A DNA stretch of 64,000 bases from Utricularia gibba (lineage: Eukaryota; Plantae; Magnoliophyta), in the NCBI GenBank assembly GCA_002189035.1, contig NEEC01000002.1, positions 6,758,881 to 6,822,880 on the forward strand, written 5' to 3'. The position numbers and the translations under genes are program-made. Positions 1 through 13,730 of the stretch are shown piece after piece (within the stretch, counting starts at the first letter, position 1; every line of letters begins with the position of its first letter). The notes below the pieces were generated by a model. That model was not told the origin of the DNA. It was given only the letters and a program-made list of their open reading frames with translations, and did no database searches.

Positions 1-2667
1 TGAACGTTCCTGTTTAGAGGCATATGGATTAAGATCCACAAAAAGATGAATAATCAACAAATCAAGGAGAGTATACTTACAAGCTATTCAGATTCGCACA
101 AGAACTGAGGTTTTCAGGTATAGGTCCCTCCAGGTTATTGTTTGCCAGATTTCTACATTTATAAAGATTTGTGGGCTTATTCAAGACATCAGAGAAAGAG
201 AGAAGAGCATTTTGAAAATGCTGAACATACAGGTCAAACAAATCTGTGAGCTTTCCGAGTTCAAGAGGAATACTTCCAGTCAAAAAGTTATCATTCAGTT
301 CCCTGGAAAAACATGATGATCAACGAGGGGCTCGAGTATATTACAGCATGAAACATGAGAAGGATTCATACAAGTAATGAAGTTTCGACATCTCTCCCAA
401 CTCAGGAGGGATGGATCCGGTCAGCCGGTTACTATGAAGATACCTGGCAATGAAAATTCTTGTTATTGTATGTCCAGAACCGATTCCACAATTCAAGAAT
501 AAGTAAAGTTGACAGACATCACTTACAACTTCTCAGTGTAACTCAAATTTCCAAGAATGGGCGGGATTGCACCAGAGAGCATATTAAAGCTAAGATCACT
601 GGAGAAATGCAATTCAAAAGAAGCAACCATCTGTTAAAATACGATGTGATCATGCCAGTAAATCATGGAGATGAACCAACAATAAAAAAAATACATACAG
701 CACAGCCAAGGCCTGCATGAGGCCAATGACAGAAGGGATTTCCCCGCTGAAACGGTTATTTTGAAGGGACCTGAAATTTACACACCGTACATTGGCTATA
801 ACTTGCATTGCTTAGTTTTAATTGCTTCAACAGAGCTTTCAAGTGAGATTGGTTTAAAGTATGCTTACAGTGTAGCGACCTGGAGAAATCCGATATTGAA
901 TGGAATTTCACCCGAAAAATTGTTGTAAGACAAGTCCCTGGGATCCAAATATTTTTTGTTCTTAGACCATTTAAAGCTTTCGGAGAAAACAATAGAGAAA
1001 TGTGAGGCAGGTACTTACAAAACCTGGAAGGATGTGCAGTTGCCGATGTTATCAGGTATCGCACCACTCAAGCTGTTGTTCCTAACATCACTGGAGAATC
1101 AAATGCAGGACGTGGTTAAGACTTTAAATCTGTGGTGGAATGTTTTGACGAGAAGATTGTAAGATGGTGAAGAGATACTCACAAATACCACAATGAAGTT
1201 AACTGGCAGATATCAGAAGATAGAGTTCCTTGAAGGTTGTTGCTCCTCAACCCACTGACCAAATTACAGAAAACGCTACTTAGTTTACATTGAAAAACAG
1301 TGGGATTCTACTCAAATATTTAACTTACAGGAACTGCAAAACTTCATTCCAATATAGCAACCGCGGAATCTCGCCACTCAGGCTGTTTTGAGCTAAGTCA
1401 CTATGGGAGAATAAAATATCAGCATGTTTATTCAGATAAAGAAGAATACTGGTGTTGCAGCATGACTCACAGAATTTTCAGATTTGGGATCTGCGAGAGT
1501 GTTGATGGGATTGGACCGATTAAATGATTGCTTTTCAGGATCCTTGGAGTTCACAGATTTTAAGTAACACGAGGGAAAAGAATCACAGCAGTACATGAAC
1601 AAAATTGCATAGCCTAAAACTCACAAAGTTTCTAGTTGCTTGAGCTTTGAAATCGAGAAGGGAATATCGCCATGGAGCTCATTAAATGACAGATCCCTGA
1701 TAACACATCGAAAATCTTAATACAACCCGGAATCAAGTATGTGTGACATCCCCTGTGCCATGAATAAAGGATTATTCATAGACTTACAGACTTTTCAAGG
1801 CTGAACAGTCTCCAATCTCATCTGGAATTTGCCCAGAGAGTAAATTCCAACGCAGATCTCTGGTTGAAACAAACCAAAATATAAGGTACTGCATCACTAA
1901 ACATATGCACCAACAATCATAACAAGCAACAGACTGCCATTACATGGAGATCAGGCCTTTAAGCTTTCCTATTGCAGGTGAAATCTCGCCGTCCAAGTTC
2001 AGACCAGAAAGATTCCTGAGGCATGATCAACGCATTCATATCCAAGTTACGTGCATGCTATACAAAGGAATAACAGAGTACAGTAAATAAAACAAGGATA
2101 CAGAATTTACAATGCAGCCACACTATGGGTGATATTGTCGCATGTTATCCCTTGCCAAGTACAGAAGTCTGAAGATGGTGCATCTTTCCAGTTGAGCACA
2201 TTGTTAACATCCTTAAACGACCTCTTAATCTCCAGCAAAGTTGCCCCTTTTTTGCAGAGAAAAATCAGAAAAAAAATGTGAATAAAACAGAACAAGGAGT
2301 ACAGGTCCTCTGGTACAAGATTTCATAATGAAGTTACTAAAACTTTTGAACTTCAACTGATCTTGTAGGCAAATTACTAAGAGGGTAAAAAGAAAGAAAA
2401 AAACATAGATTAGTATAGACAGTGACGTAATTAATTGGTCAAAGACAAACAAATCCCGCTGCTTTCTCGAGAAAATAACAAAACTTGGACCATCAATATA
2501 TGAATCTCCAATACGACGCGTAAGATAAGCCAAAATTGAAGACGACCCGAATAATAAAATAGCAGCAACAAGCAACGCTCACCGTCATCGCAATTTACAG
2601 AAGCAGCTAGGCATAAGAACACCGCTAAAAACCCTGAAAGTGTAAATCTTTCCCAGGAATCCACCAT
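1..2667 (-). CDS. ER: ERECTA LRR receptor-like kinase, 5' part (signal peptide, LRRNT and ~13 LRR exons; the rest of the gene lies beyond the left edge)
   Basis: Manual splicing on the minus strand. ATG at 2667, exon 1 2667-2583 (MVDSWERFTLSGFLAVFLCLAASVNCDDG), exon 2 2246-2111 (ATLLEIKRSF...CTWQGITCDN). These are followed by ~72-nt exons with GT-AG borders giving NLSGLNLDGEISPAIG, DLSFNELHGDIPFSISKLKQLE, DLAQNSLSGEIPRLLYWNEVLQ, IPFNIGFLQVATL, IPSVIGLMQALAVL and ELGKLTDLFDL, which match the ERECTA sequence I recall. Confidence 0.95.
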
Positions 2668-5600
2668 TTCCAGCTTCAGAAACCAGTTAAGTGAGTATCT
2701 TGGCGTGAGGAAGCGATTTCTTCTCAACAAAAATCATCCAGCGCCCCAGAAATGTGAATGGGAAGAGCACATTGAACGAGTAAAGCTGAAATGGGAATGA
2801 CTAAAGCTGCAACATCAGCAACTAAGAAAAAACGGCTCGGGTTTGCAGACAAAGAAGACAACAATGGTGTACGGGAGAAAAATAGAGGAGGTAGAAGCAA
2901 TCTCCGGAGAAAATGTGAGAGGTGGTGCGGCTTTGTTTTCTATTGTTCAATCACATCTTTCTGCAGTGGCATGGTAGAGAAGCTTGCTGGTGAGAGGTTT
3001 TAAGAGAGAAATAAATTGAAAGCATTGCATGTAAGTAAATGTGGAGAGAGGACAGTGTGAAGGGAAATTATTTGAAGGGGAAAAGGTAAAGGACCATCTG
3101 CAAACTTCTGTTCCCATCTGCTGCACTCAATAAACTCACTCAACCATATTTCCCCTTGCCAGTTTTCTTCCTACTTTATATCACAAGGTATCAACCACCC
3201 TTTCTCTTTCCATCTCTAACTAGGCATACAAAAACGCACTCTGTCTCTCCCTCCTCTTCTACCTTTGACTGACCCCGGCAATCTCTTGGAGCTTACACCA
3301 TTTTCGTTACAATCTTCACTACCCAGAACCACCTTAGAAGGGGATCTATCCTCGTGTAAGTTTCTGCAAATGGTCCCTCAAACGTTTGCATAAAAATTGA
3401 AATCTTTAATTTCATGTTCCCTCGGCATTGAACCGATAACAAGTCGCTTTCCCTACAGAGCTATAGAGCTGAGAAGGGCAATGGCTTCTTTCAGTTAAAA
3501 CTCCACGCTTTTTTTTCTTCTCCTTCAACCCAAATTTTCTATATGCGTGTAAAGTTGATGTCATTGTAGATCTTAGCTAGCAACCTACATAAGGTTAAAA
3601 AGAAGACATCTTTTCCCTTTTCCCCATCCTCCGCCAGAAACCCGTTAATCAATTCTGTGGATCTCGTTTGTTTTCCTCTGTTCCACTACACTACTCCATT
3701 TTCACTCACCATTCCCTCTTTCTTCTACTTCCATTTCTAGGCAATCCATCTAAGCTTTAGATGCACACCCTCTGCCACTCGTTGCAGTACTACTGAACTC
3801 TTCAGAACAGGCTAATGCCTTCACACTCAACTGATCACAACTGAAAATCTTCACATCTGTCAACCCATTAACAAAAAGATGCGAGCTTTACGCAACTTTT
3901 CGCGTTCGGACACAGTGAGGATCGCGTACCGACAACAAAACCATGCCGTTCATCCAGTATCTTGGCCGTTAACAATCTGAATAAATGTAATCATTTTAAA
4001 ATAAATCTATAATTACAAAATTCAAAATGATGTGTCGCTTAAAAAAGTACTTAAAATACAAGAAAGTTAAATTACATTTCAGCACCTGGAAGAGAAAGTA
4101 CAATTATGAGATTATAATATAAAATTATTTTTCAAATTTCACAATTTTATTATCAAATATAAACTATCTCTATTTCAAAAAAATATATAAAAAAGTTTTC
4201 TACTATGTAGTATTGTTTGCATGCTACATTTTTTAATTTTTAAAAAGCTAAAAAAATTCCAAATTTTAATTTTTCGGATTCTTTTCTTAAAAAGTAAATC
4301 AGTATATGAAATAAAGTAGCATCACTTAAAAAAGTGAGCAACTTGACTATTTAGCATATAAAAATCAAATAATTTACTATCTATACTTTATTATTTTTCA
4401 TGAATTAATTATATTTATATTTATAAAATATCTGACTAAGAAAAACATTTCAGCACCTGCACATTTTCCCAGAATGCCCCGGAAACCGTAATCCGAATGT
4501 CAAAATAATTATCACTTCCGGGTAAGTAATGTTATTAAGTAAAACTTGGGGAGAGGAAGTGAATAACAAAATGGACCCCAAAGGTTTGTAATAATTCCAA
4601 ACCGGCCCCAGGAAAAGCTACCCACTTTTTAGTACATCGGGAAGGCCACTGCCTGCCCCCTCTCTTGGTACTCGACATTTGATGTGGGCCACCACATAAC
4701 CCACTAACGGAGTTTCCGCATTTAACGCCGTTCCGTCAGAGACAGCCATTTTCCAACGCTCTCCTAAATCCATAAGATTCATTAAATTACAATTAGGGAA
4801 TTTTACCATTCTATTTCGAGTAAATAATTAAAATGTAATTCCAAATTCCAAACATAGTAAGCAGTCATTATATTTAAAATACCTCCTATAATCATATTTA
4901 AACCATATGACTAACACTAAAGGGACATATAATAGTTTTATTTAAATTAGAGTAATATCTTTGACGATAAAATGTAGTTTACAAATCTTAATTTAAAATA
5001 TGTTTAAAAAGTTTATAAATTACATTTTTTTCATCTATATTGAATAAAGTATATTTATATTATACATAAAATATTCTCTAAAGTCAACCCTAAATCATCT
5101 ATCAAATATCCTCTAATATTTTAAATATAAATAACAAATGAACACAAATTACCATGAAATAAAACACAAGAAATAGCATTAAATTAATAATTATTTTTAA
5201 AAAACGGTCATGTATTGTTTGTGTATTGGACATTGGGTTAAAAAAATAATATTAAATTTTTTCATATATATTTTTATAAATGATGCAAAATTTAATGGTG
5301 GATAGCGATGGGACTGAGTAGTCGACATCGATGACCAACAACCGATCGACACGTCGGCATCTACCGACGGCCTGCTGCAGCGATTGCCGAGGCTCGGCCC
5401 TGGGCTCCTAATTATTTCATTATTTACTCCTGCGGAAATTAGCATTTACTTGGGACTATGTATGCGCCCCTTGACCAAACTAAATAATTCAATAAACGCA
5501 ACTACTATGGTGACCCATTTAATTTTCACCTTAGGGAACTTCCTAATTACGTAGCGAAAATTGATGTCCAAGGGGTCATAGTACGTTTTTGTGATGGTTC

Positions 5601-7857
5601 TGAATATGAATCAACTAATCGTTAAAAAACGGATACGAGATCAAAGTTTGGATCGATTCAATAGAGTCATGGTATAGTATGTTATATAAACGATCAAGGT
5701 ACGTAATTAAGATATTACGAATGATTTCGATGTCTAACGAAAGAATGATTTAGACGATAATCTATCGTTTTTCGATTATCATCTCAACCAATTCTATAGT
5801 TTGAAAACCTAGTCACGAATGTTTGCACCTAAGAAGCTCTTGTTGGATTCCAAATTTATTGACACTGCTGAATTGCCCTATGGTGTCAAATTCCGATGTG
5901 TGACAAGTCCTTTTTTTTAGACTATGGTTCTCCATGTGGTCAAACCAAGGGTGGACACATTTTGCAGCGGGGCCCATGATGGTGTGGACAATGGGCCCGG
6001 TTCGGCCCATTGTTAGTATATTTTGAGTTATTACCAAATGTGAGTACGACTGATTTGTATAAAAAATTAGTTATTTGAAAAAATGTTCACAAATAAATAT
6101 TTTATTTTTTTACATAATTAGTTATTAAAATATTAATAAATTATCATAATCAATACTATTTATAAAGGATTGTACAGATATAATTTAATATTTATATTTC
6201 TAAATTTTAAAAAATAATACTTTTCATCAAAAAGAAAAATATGAAAATTACATAATTATTTAAGAAATATGCATGATAGTTGGAAGAATAATTTTTTATA
6301 ACAAAAAGAATAATATCAACATAAATTTAAAGAAAAATTGCCTTAACATAAATAAAAATCATTTTATTTCTTTCAAAGGAGCGCAAGCGTGATTTTTCCC
6401 ATAATCCTACGCTCTATTCATTTTTTATAAGTGATTTGAATGTTTTCAAATTTTTAAAATAGTAATTTTTTATCAAAATCATTTATATTTAATTACTTAA
6501 ATTCATAATTATCTTAATACCACCAACCAATCATTCCCATTGGCAGATAGTATATATTAATTATTGAAAATAGTTGAATTTCTGACGTGGCATGTCATGT
6601 GACATGTGGTGAGGTTGACATGTAGGCTGTGGCAGGCCCGGTGAGGTTACCATCATCATCTATATAATATCTAAAGGAATGTGTGAATTATTATTGGGAA
6701 TGGTGGCCCAGGGGACACGTGGCACAAATCCATGAGGACCACGAAGTGGATTGATGGACGGCACGTAGCCCTCTCCCGCACATTAAAGGCCACTTCTGCA
6801 TGTGCACCATTTGGAGTCCCCATTTTCGTCCACATGCCCTAAATGGACGCCTAGTTCACATCGATAAACACTTTTCGTTTTGTTGGGAATAACTTTTGGA
6901 AAATTAATTTTGAAAAATAGAAATTGGAATTTGATAACTTATTAAAAATAAAAAATAGAAAATATTCGTGTTTCATACCAAAACTGTTTTTAAAATAGTT
7001 GTACGTTCCAAATAAAAACGTAATTTTACATTCATCTCGTAACTTTGGTGTCCGTACAAATTTCCTTTTTGGGCTCTAAGGTTAGGGCTTCGATAATTTT
7101 GGGGGTCTTGAATACATTTGCAGCTGAAAATTAGAAGAATTATGTGGGCCGAGTTAGCTCATTTCACCGGGCTTTGAAAAAGTAGGAGGCCCATTAAGTG
7201 TTCAGGGTTAGTTTGGTTCTTCAAAAAGACTAGAGAAGAGGGCCGGATTGGTTTGCCGCCGGCTCTTTTTTCCGATTGTTAGGTTTTGAAAGGTTCGAGC
7301 AAACGGAGGGACGGGCGTTTTTGTTCCTAAGGACAGGCCGGCGGTCCCCGGAACCCCTTGATTATTGGGCCGCGGTTGAAATTGTCGCCAAATTGATTCA
7401 CAGGCTGCATAGATTGGAGTCGCCAGAGATGAGGCGATTCCAAGCTCCGAGGATTTCGCTGCCCCAAAAAACTGGCTTTGCGTCTCCGTCTAGGGTTTGG
7501 CCATTGTGTTGTTAATCGATGCACGAAGAAGCACTCGTCGCTGAACGGAAAAATCCTGCATTTGATAAGCAAGAAGAGGGGTTGGTTTGGCTGAGGGAAC
7601 TCTCGAAAATAAGAGAATCGATCCGCGCCGCACTTTGCACTCCGAGCCTTCTCTCCGCCGTGAAAACGTTGATCGCTTCAAAACGTCAACCTCTGCAAGT
7701 GAACACAACTACCCTGAACTCTGATTCGAAAACCCTAAACCCCAAATTTACATATTACGTACAATGCACAGAGTGCCGGAACCCTGAAACAGGGGATGCG
7801 AATGTGAACACGATCACTTCTTCAACCCCCCTGCAACTATTTCTCCTTCTCACAACC

Positions 7858-8897
7858 CTAACCTGACAACCCCAAACATGTCTGGTTCTTAGCAGACAGC
7901 CGCTTTAGGAACTCATACGTCGTGATCATCGTCGTTGCAGACATTGTCATCGACGCCCATCTCGGACCGAAACCTCTGTAACAAGCACTCAGCCCGCCTT
8001 GGTGAACTAAGCTCCTCATTGTTTGGACGATACCTGGTTTTCTTCCGGGTTCACTTCTCCCTCCCTCCAACACCTGTAACCTTGTCTTCACGGTGTCCAA
8101 TGGCATTGTCAACAGAGCAGAAGCTCCGCTAGCCACGGCGGCGCTAAAACACTGAACTGCTAACATGGATTTCCCATCTGGTTTATACCCATTATCACTT
8201 TCAGGGTTCGAAAGATAGCATCTTAAACCATCCCAAATGGCTCTATGAGCAATGGAATACGATGCCCACCACACTGCGTTTGATGGAGCATATGCCAGAA
8301 TGGATAACCCAAATCCCCTGTACAATCCCCTGACGCCATCTGATCTTATAATTTTCGTGAAAGCGTCGATCCACTGCTATACCTTCTGTAGCCAAAGGCG
8401 GAAGAAATGGCTTCGCAATTGCTTCCTTGAACCATTAGTCTCTGGCTCACAACATCGACTGGAGTCCAAACCAGTTGAGCAGCCATGGCGGCGCTAAGCC
8501 CTGCAGCAGCGTTAGCTATGGCGAAGGCGGAAGCTGCGGGCAAACCCAGATGATCACTAGCAACATTTCCTACGTTACTCTTTGTGATTTCAAGAGCACC
8601 CATGTAAAGGGCACGAGCAGGTATGGTTCCCATTACGGATGTTCCGAAGCCAAGGTAGAATCCCCTGCATCCTTCGTGTCTTAATATGGATATCGCCATT
8701 TTGAAACATGGGACGTCTTTTAGCGCCAGTTGCTGCCGAGTTTTCATCACAACCATCGGGTATAGCAAGCCCGAAACACCCGAGAACAGCGCTGCACCAA
8801 GGAAGAAGAACTTGGATTTATCAAGCATTTCCCAGTCTATGTCTCCAGGGACTCCAACCTCGGATGCGGAATCATCATCCATGGTTCTTAAGCTCAT
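7858..8897 (-). CDS. Mitochondrial carrier family protein (SLC25A44-like), intronless CDS, with one apparent -1 frameshift at 8371-8372
   Basis: ATG at 8897 (the ORF-track start at 8906 is GTG). Motifs: DIDWEMLDKSKFFFLGAALFSG, YPMVVMKTRQQ, TPVDVVSQRLMVQG and MPLDTVKTRLQV (three PX[DE]XX[KR]-type repeats). The two ORFs join as ...YSSG/IDAFTKIIRSDGVRGLYRGFG if one base is added at the GG. Confidence 0.9.
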
Positions 8898-10142
8898 CGT
8901 ACCCACTTTACAAAAGTGATCTGAAGACCAGATCTTTGGATCCTAAAGGAAAAACCCAACTCCCAACGAGCTAAATAGTTCTAGAATCGAGCACACATCT
9001 ACACACAGCCTCTCGAGAAGACGACCATGTTTTAACTCTCCTCTTTCGCCGCAGTAGTTTCAGACGAAAAAGTAAACGGAGGCGGGTAAGCATCCAGCGT
9101 CATCGACCAAAAAAGATCTGCACTTTACGTGCGCAAGATATTTCAGGCTGGAGAAGAGCATCTGGGGGAGTGGAATGGGAGATGGCGCCTCAAGGCTACT
9201 GCGATTTGGGGGCTTTTGGGCGAGGGTTTCTTATGGATAACGCTGATTCGGACACGTGGCTCTCGATCACTTAACGATGGGAATTCAATGCGGTGACCCA
9301 CTGGATAATTTAGTGGGACCGCACTCCGCTGCCCGTCCGTTGAAACAATCCATGGGCTTGTGGGGCCCATCTAACGGATAAGTGGGACCCGAGTTGCCTT
9401 TTAATTGTTCTTTTGTGTTCTTTTGACGTGATACCCTGAATTGCCTGTTCATTTCCTAGTCAATTAGATTTACATTTTTAATTAATATTAAACATGATTA
9501 ACGTCGATAATCATTATTTAATTTAGCAACTCAGATGCGTACCGTGGACGATGCGTCTAGGGTTTTGTGGCGGCGGCGCGTGTAGAAGACGGGGAGGAGG
9601 CACGGCGGCATAGGCGAAGATCCGGAAATTATTTAGAAATGTGGTAATTGTCACATTATCTCTTACATATTTAATCAAAAAAATATACGTATAGTAACTA
9701 TTTTTTTCATACAATATTCGAGATATGATCAAATTTTCAATTCATTCCATATTCATATAGTTCATTGAAATCTTGAACGTCTCTAAGAATTGGGTGTGTT
9801 TGATTCCGTATAAAAAATTAGGTGAGATTTAATTTTTATAATATAACTAATTAAAATTATTTAAATATTTCATTAAAAATATTAAATAAATATTTTTTCT
9901 TTAATGTTTCAAGGGTGAAATCATGAAAGACATGCATATTTTAGTATTAGCGAGGGCGGGGTCGAGATGCAATATTTGAAACTTCAGGGGCTGACTACTT
10001 TCTTGGAATTAGGGATCTACCCCTCATATTCTATGATATTATGTTTCGGACCCCATATTTTATTCTGACTTCAACTCGTGGGAAAAGGAAAGCCCACTGT
10101 GCAGATCTTCAACAGAATTGGAGATCGTTTCGGTATCTAAGG

Positions 10143-13087
10143 ATGACGGCATTGTCACCGCCCGAAGCGGCGTCGCAGGACGATATGTCTACGGCGATGT
10201 CGAATATTCTACCTCTGGCGTCTGCCGAGCAGCAGCCTTATGTGTCGGAGCTTCTCTCCTTCACTCTAGATCGTCTTCACAAGGTTATACACAACCAAAT
10301 TTTGCTTGATTATGCCTTCAATAGGTTGTGATTTGATGCTTCTTGCGTATGAAGGAGCCCGAATTGTTGAGGGTGGATGCGGAGAGAATACGTCGGCAGA
10401 TGCAAGAAGTGGCGGTGAGTAATTATAGGGCATTTGTCGCGGCGGCAGAGGCTTTGTTGGAGATCCGGGAGGAGGTTTCTTCTATTGATAAGCATCTAGA
10501 ATCCCTGGTATTGTTTTTATGCTTTCTGTTTTCATTTTGGAGCTAATTTTTGCGGATTCTGTAGTTGTTGCTAGTGTTCTGCCAAGTGATTTTTTAGTAA
10601 GAATCCAAGATGTGAATTGCAGAAAACCTACGATTGAAAATGTGAACTTGACGGTTGAATTTCCAAGTGTGGCTTAGTTAAGATGGAGCTACACTTGGAT
10701 AACGTAAATATTGAGTGATATTTATATGCTTGTGAAATGGTGGTCTCTCTTTTTTCAGATCGGCGGAATTCCAAAGCTAACATCATGCTGCGCTGAGTTT
10801 GTTGATTCAGCTGCACAAATTTTGGAGAAAAGGAAGATGAATCAAACACTACTGGCAAACCACAGTACATTGCTTGATTTGCTTGAAATCCCACATCTCA
10901 TGGACACGTACGGCTATGCCTTATCTTAGAGCTTGTTTAATCGTCTCTCATATACCTCAGTCATCTCACCAACTAAAGTTAAATCTTTACTCTCACGACA
11001 GATGTGTGAGGAATGGCAATTATGATGAAGCTCTTGACTTAGTAGCGTTTGTATCTAAACTTACCACCCTGCACCCAAAGTAAGCTACTTGCAGCCAAAT
11101 TCATTCTTTTGGTTTTTCTCCCTTTTATTGAAACTAATGTACGTTTTTATTTTCTTCATAAAAAAAAACAGAATCCCTGTGATTCAGGATTTGGCTGCTG
11201 AAGTTCGGCAAGCCACTCAGTCCCTTCTTTATCAGCTTCTCCAGAAACTCAGATCCAGCATCCAGGTTTCTTGGTTAATTTGTAGCCTTTTTATTTTTTA
11301 TGCTTCCAATTGCATGGAAAATCATTGTACATGTTCACCTAAATGTTGTACTTGTTTCAAATATAATTAAAATTTAAATATGATAACTCTTGCAGTTGCC
11401 AGAATGCCTCAGGATAATTGGGTACTTGCGCAGAATTGGAGTTTTTAGTGAATATGAAATACGTTTGCAGGTACAAAGTTCTAATTTTCCTTTCCTGATC
11501 TCTCTGGTAATTATGCATAATTTTTTTCATGACATTCCATTTCTGAAGATGTATATTGTCTTTACTGGGTTAGTTTTTGCAATGCCGGGAGTCCTGGTTC
11601 ATTGGAATGCTTGATGATTTGGACCAAAGTAATCCATATGAATATTTGAAGGGAATGGTAAAATGTCACAGAATGCATCTTTTTGATGTCGTCAACCAGT
11701 ACAGAGCCACATTTGCTGATGATACAGCAGGGAATGAGGGAAATAACGATGGTGGCCTTCTCTTCGACTGGGCCATGCATCAAATTATCTTGCATTTGAA
11801 GACATTGAAAGTCATGCTCCCAAAAATAACTGAAGGTGGATCGTTGTCCAATATTTTGGATCAGTGTATGGTAAGAGTCTTTGTTGTTCTCCTCTAACCT
11901 TACCTTACACACAAGTGCTACCTTTTGGATTCGAAATCCTGCTTGCCAGGATACAATTCTTCATATATCGTGGGCCTACACCTAATCTTATCCTCATTTT
12001 CTTGTCGTGCAGTATTGTGCCATGGGCCTTGGTTGGGTTGGGTTGGACTTCCGGGGACTGCTTCCCCCACTTTTCGAGGAGTAAGCATTTAATCTAGTAT
12101 TTTTCGTTTCGTTTTCATACATCTGTATGTGGAATGCTTTACATATGATTGCATTTTTCAATAGAGCAGTACTCAGTTTGTTTACCAAGAACATCAGTAC
12201 AGCTGTAGATAATTTTCAGGTATCTCTTTATACATGTCTCAGTTTATCAAGTTATGTACCCTGCCTACTATCACTGGCAATACATGATCCTTGTTCCATG
12301 ATGATGATTTTTCGTGTCTCCAGTTAGTCTTGGATTCACATCGTTGGGTCCCCTTGCCTGCTGTTGGCTTCCCTGCCAGTAGCCTTGGTGAAGAGAACGC
12401 TGATGACACCCCACCTCCCTCATCTCTTATGGAGCATCTTCCTATTGCCGTTTTTACCAATGGTGAATATGAGTTTTCCCAGCAAACTACCAATGATAAA
12501 TTTGGGGCCTCAACAAGCCTAATCTCCCCATGTTATGATCGCAGGTGTGTCCGCAGCAATGAATGAACTGCGCCCTTGTGCTCCATTAAGCTTGAAAAAC
12601 GTGCTAGCTGAGGAACTTGTCAAGGGCTTGCAGGCAGTGTCGGACTCTCTACTCAGATACAATACAACCAGAATGCTAAGGGACAACGAATCCGTTCTTT
12701 TCATCAAACTCTGCCAAGCCTTCGTCGAGGTTCGGACTCTTTCCTTATGGCATCATAAAAGTCTTCATCACTTGTTTGTTCTACAGCCACCCTAACCATC
12801 TCCATCACTTGCAGATTGCTTTCCCCCATTGTGCTACATGCTTCGGCCGCTGCTACCCCGGTGGATCCGCCCTCATTTTAGATGCCAAGAACTCGTTCGA
12901 CGGCATAAACCGGCTCTTAGGATCTGTACAATCAAGAACACTTCCGAAGCCTGCCCCGGAGGCAGGAAACAGCAGCATCAAGGAGAATGGCAGCGTCTCT
13001 GTCAAGGAAAATGGTGTTGCTCACGATGTCGATGCCGCCCCAAGTTCCAACCCAGACCAGGGCAACGTGAACTCATCTTCTCCATGA
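10143..13087 (+). CDS. COG8: Conserved oligomeric Golgi complex subunit 8 (11 coding exons)
   Basis: Spliced GT-AG exons give [116 protein letters not shown] and [15 protein letters not shown]; stop at 13085-13087. Confidence 0.95.
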
Positions 13088-13730
13088 GAGAGCAAACCAG
13101 ATGCTCAGAGGTAAAACACATACCCATATTGTATACTCCATTTATTTAGGCAAGGGGATGAGGGTGGGGGTGTCAGAGAGTCAAAATGTACCGTGAATTG
13201 GAATACTGTTTATGACATCTCTACTGGGGGAAGGGACTTTAATTGCTGCTGCGTCTTTTAAGCTTCTGGTGTGTCTGGAGAATGCCTTTTTGCCTCACGG
13301 ATTTCTTGTGGCTCCATTAATGGTTTATTCCCCCACTAGCTACTTCTCCACAAAAACAGGTAAAAAAACCGCTCTACGGAGTTGAAGTCATGCCCATATT
13401 ACCCCAAATGAACAGGGGTATTTACACATCTCGTTACCCTTTTACGAATGTGTGAGAAATTTGGTCATTTTCAGTATACTTGCTGATGCACCCAAAACGT
13501 GAGGTTGGAGGAGACCTTGAAGTTTCGCCAGTTGCAGAAAACTTCAAGGTTGAAGCTATCATAAGATTTAATTATGCTTTTAAATTAAATATTTATATAA
13601 AATAAAAATAATTATTAAAATTAATTAAAAAAGAGTGTAAATGGTGTACTAATTGCCCATAAACGAGAAGGTAAGTCCTTTTGTGTTTTGGGCCTTTAAA
13701 TTAATTCCTGGACTGGTCTGAATTCGGAAG

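Noticed and set aside
3330-5600. MITE/MULE-like terminal fragments in the ERECTA upstream region
   Set aside because: There is only a vague resemblance to TIR-type sequence, and I could not pair inverted ends or find target-site duplications.
5990-6011. 8-bp-stem hairpin AATGGGCC-CGGTTC-GGCCCATT as a transposon end
   Set aside because: There is no CTRR terminus, partner TIR or target-site duplication. It is equally explained as two inverted site-II motifs.
7519-7866. 115-aa + strand ORF as a protein-coding gene
   Set aside because: It has no recognisable motifs and abuts or overlaps the carrier's 3' end on the opposite strand. I kept it only as part of the orphan-promoter finding.
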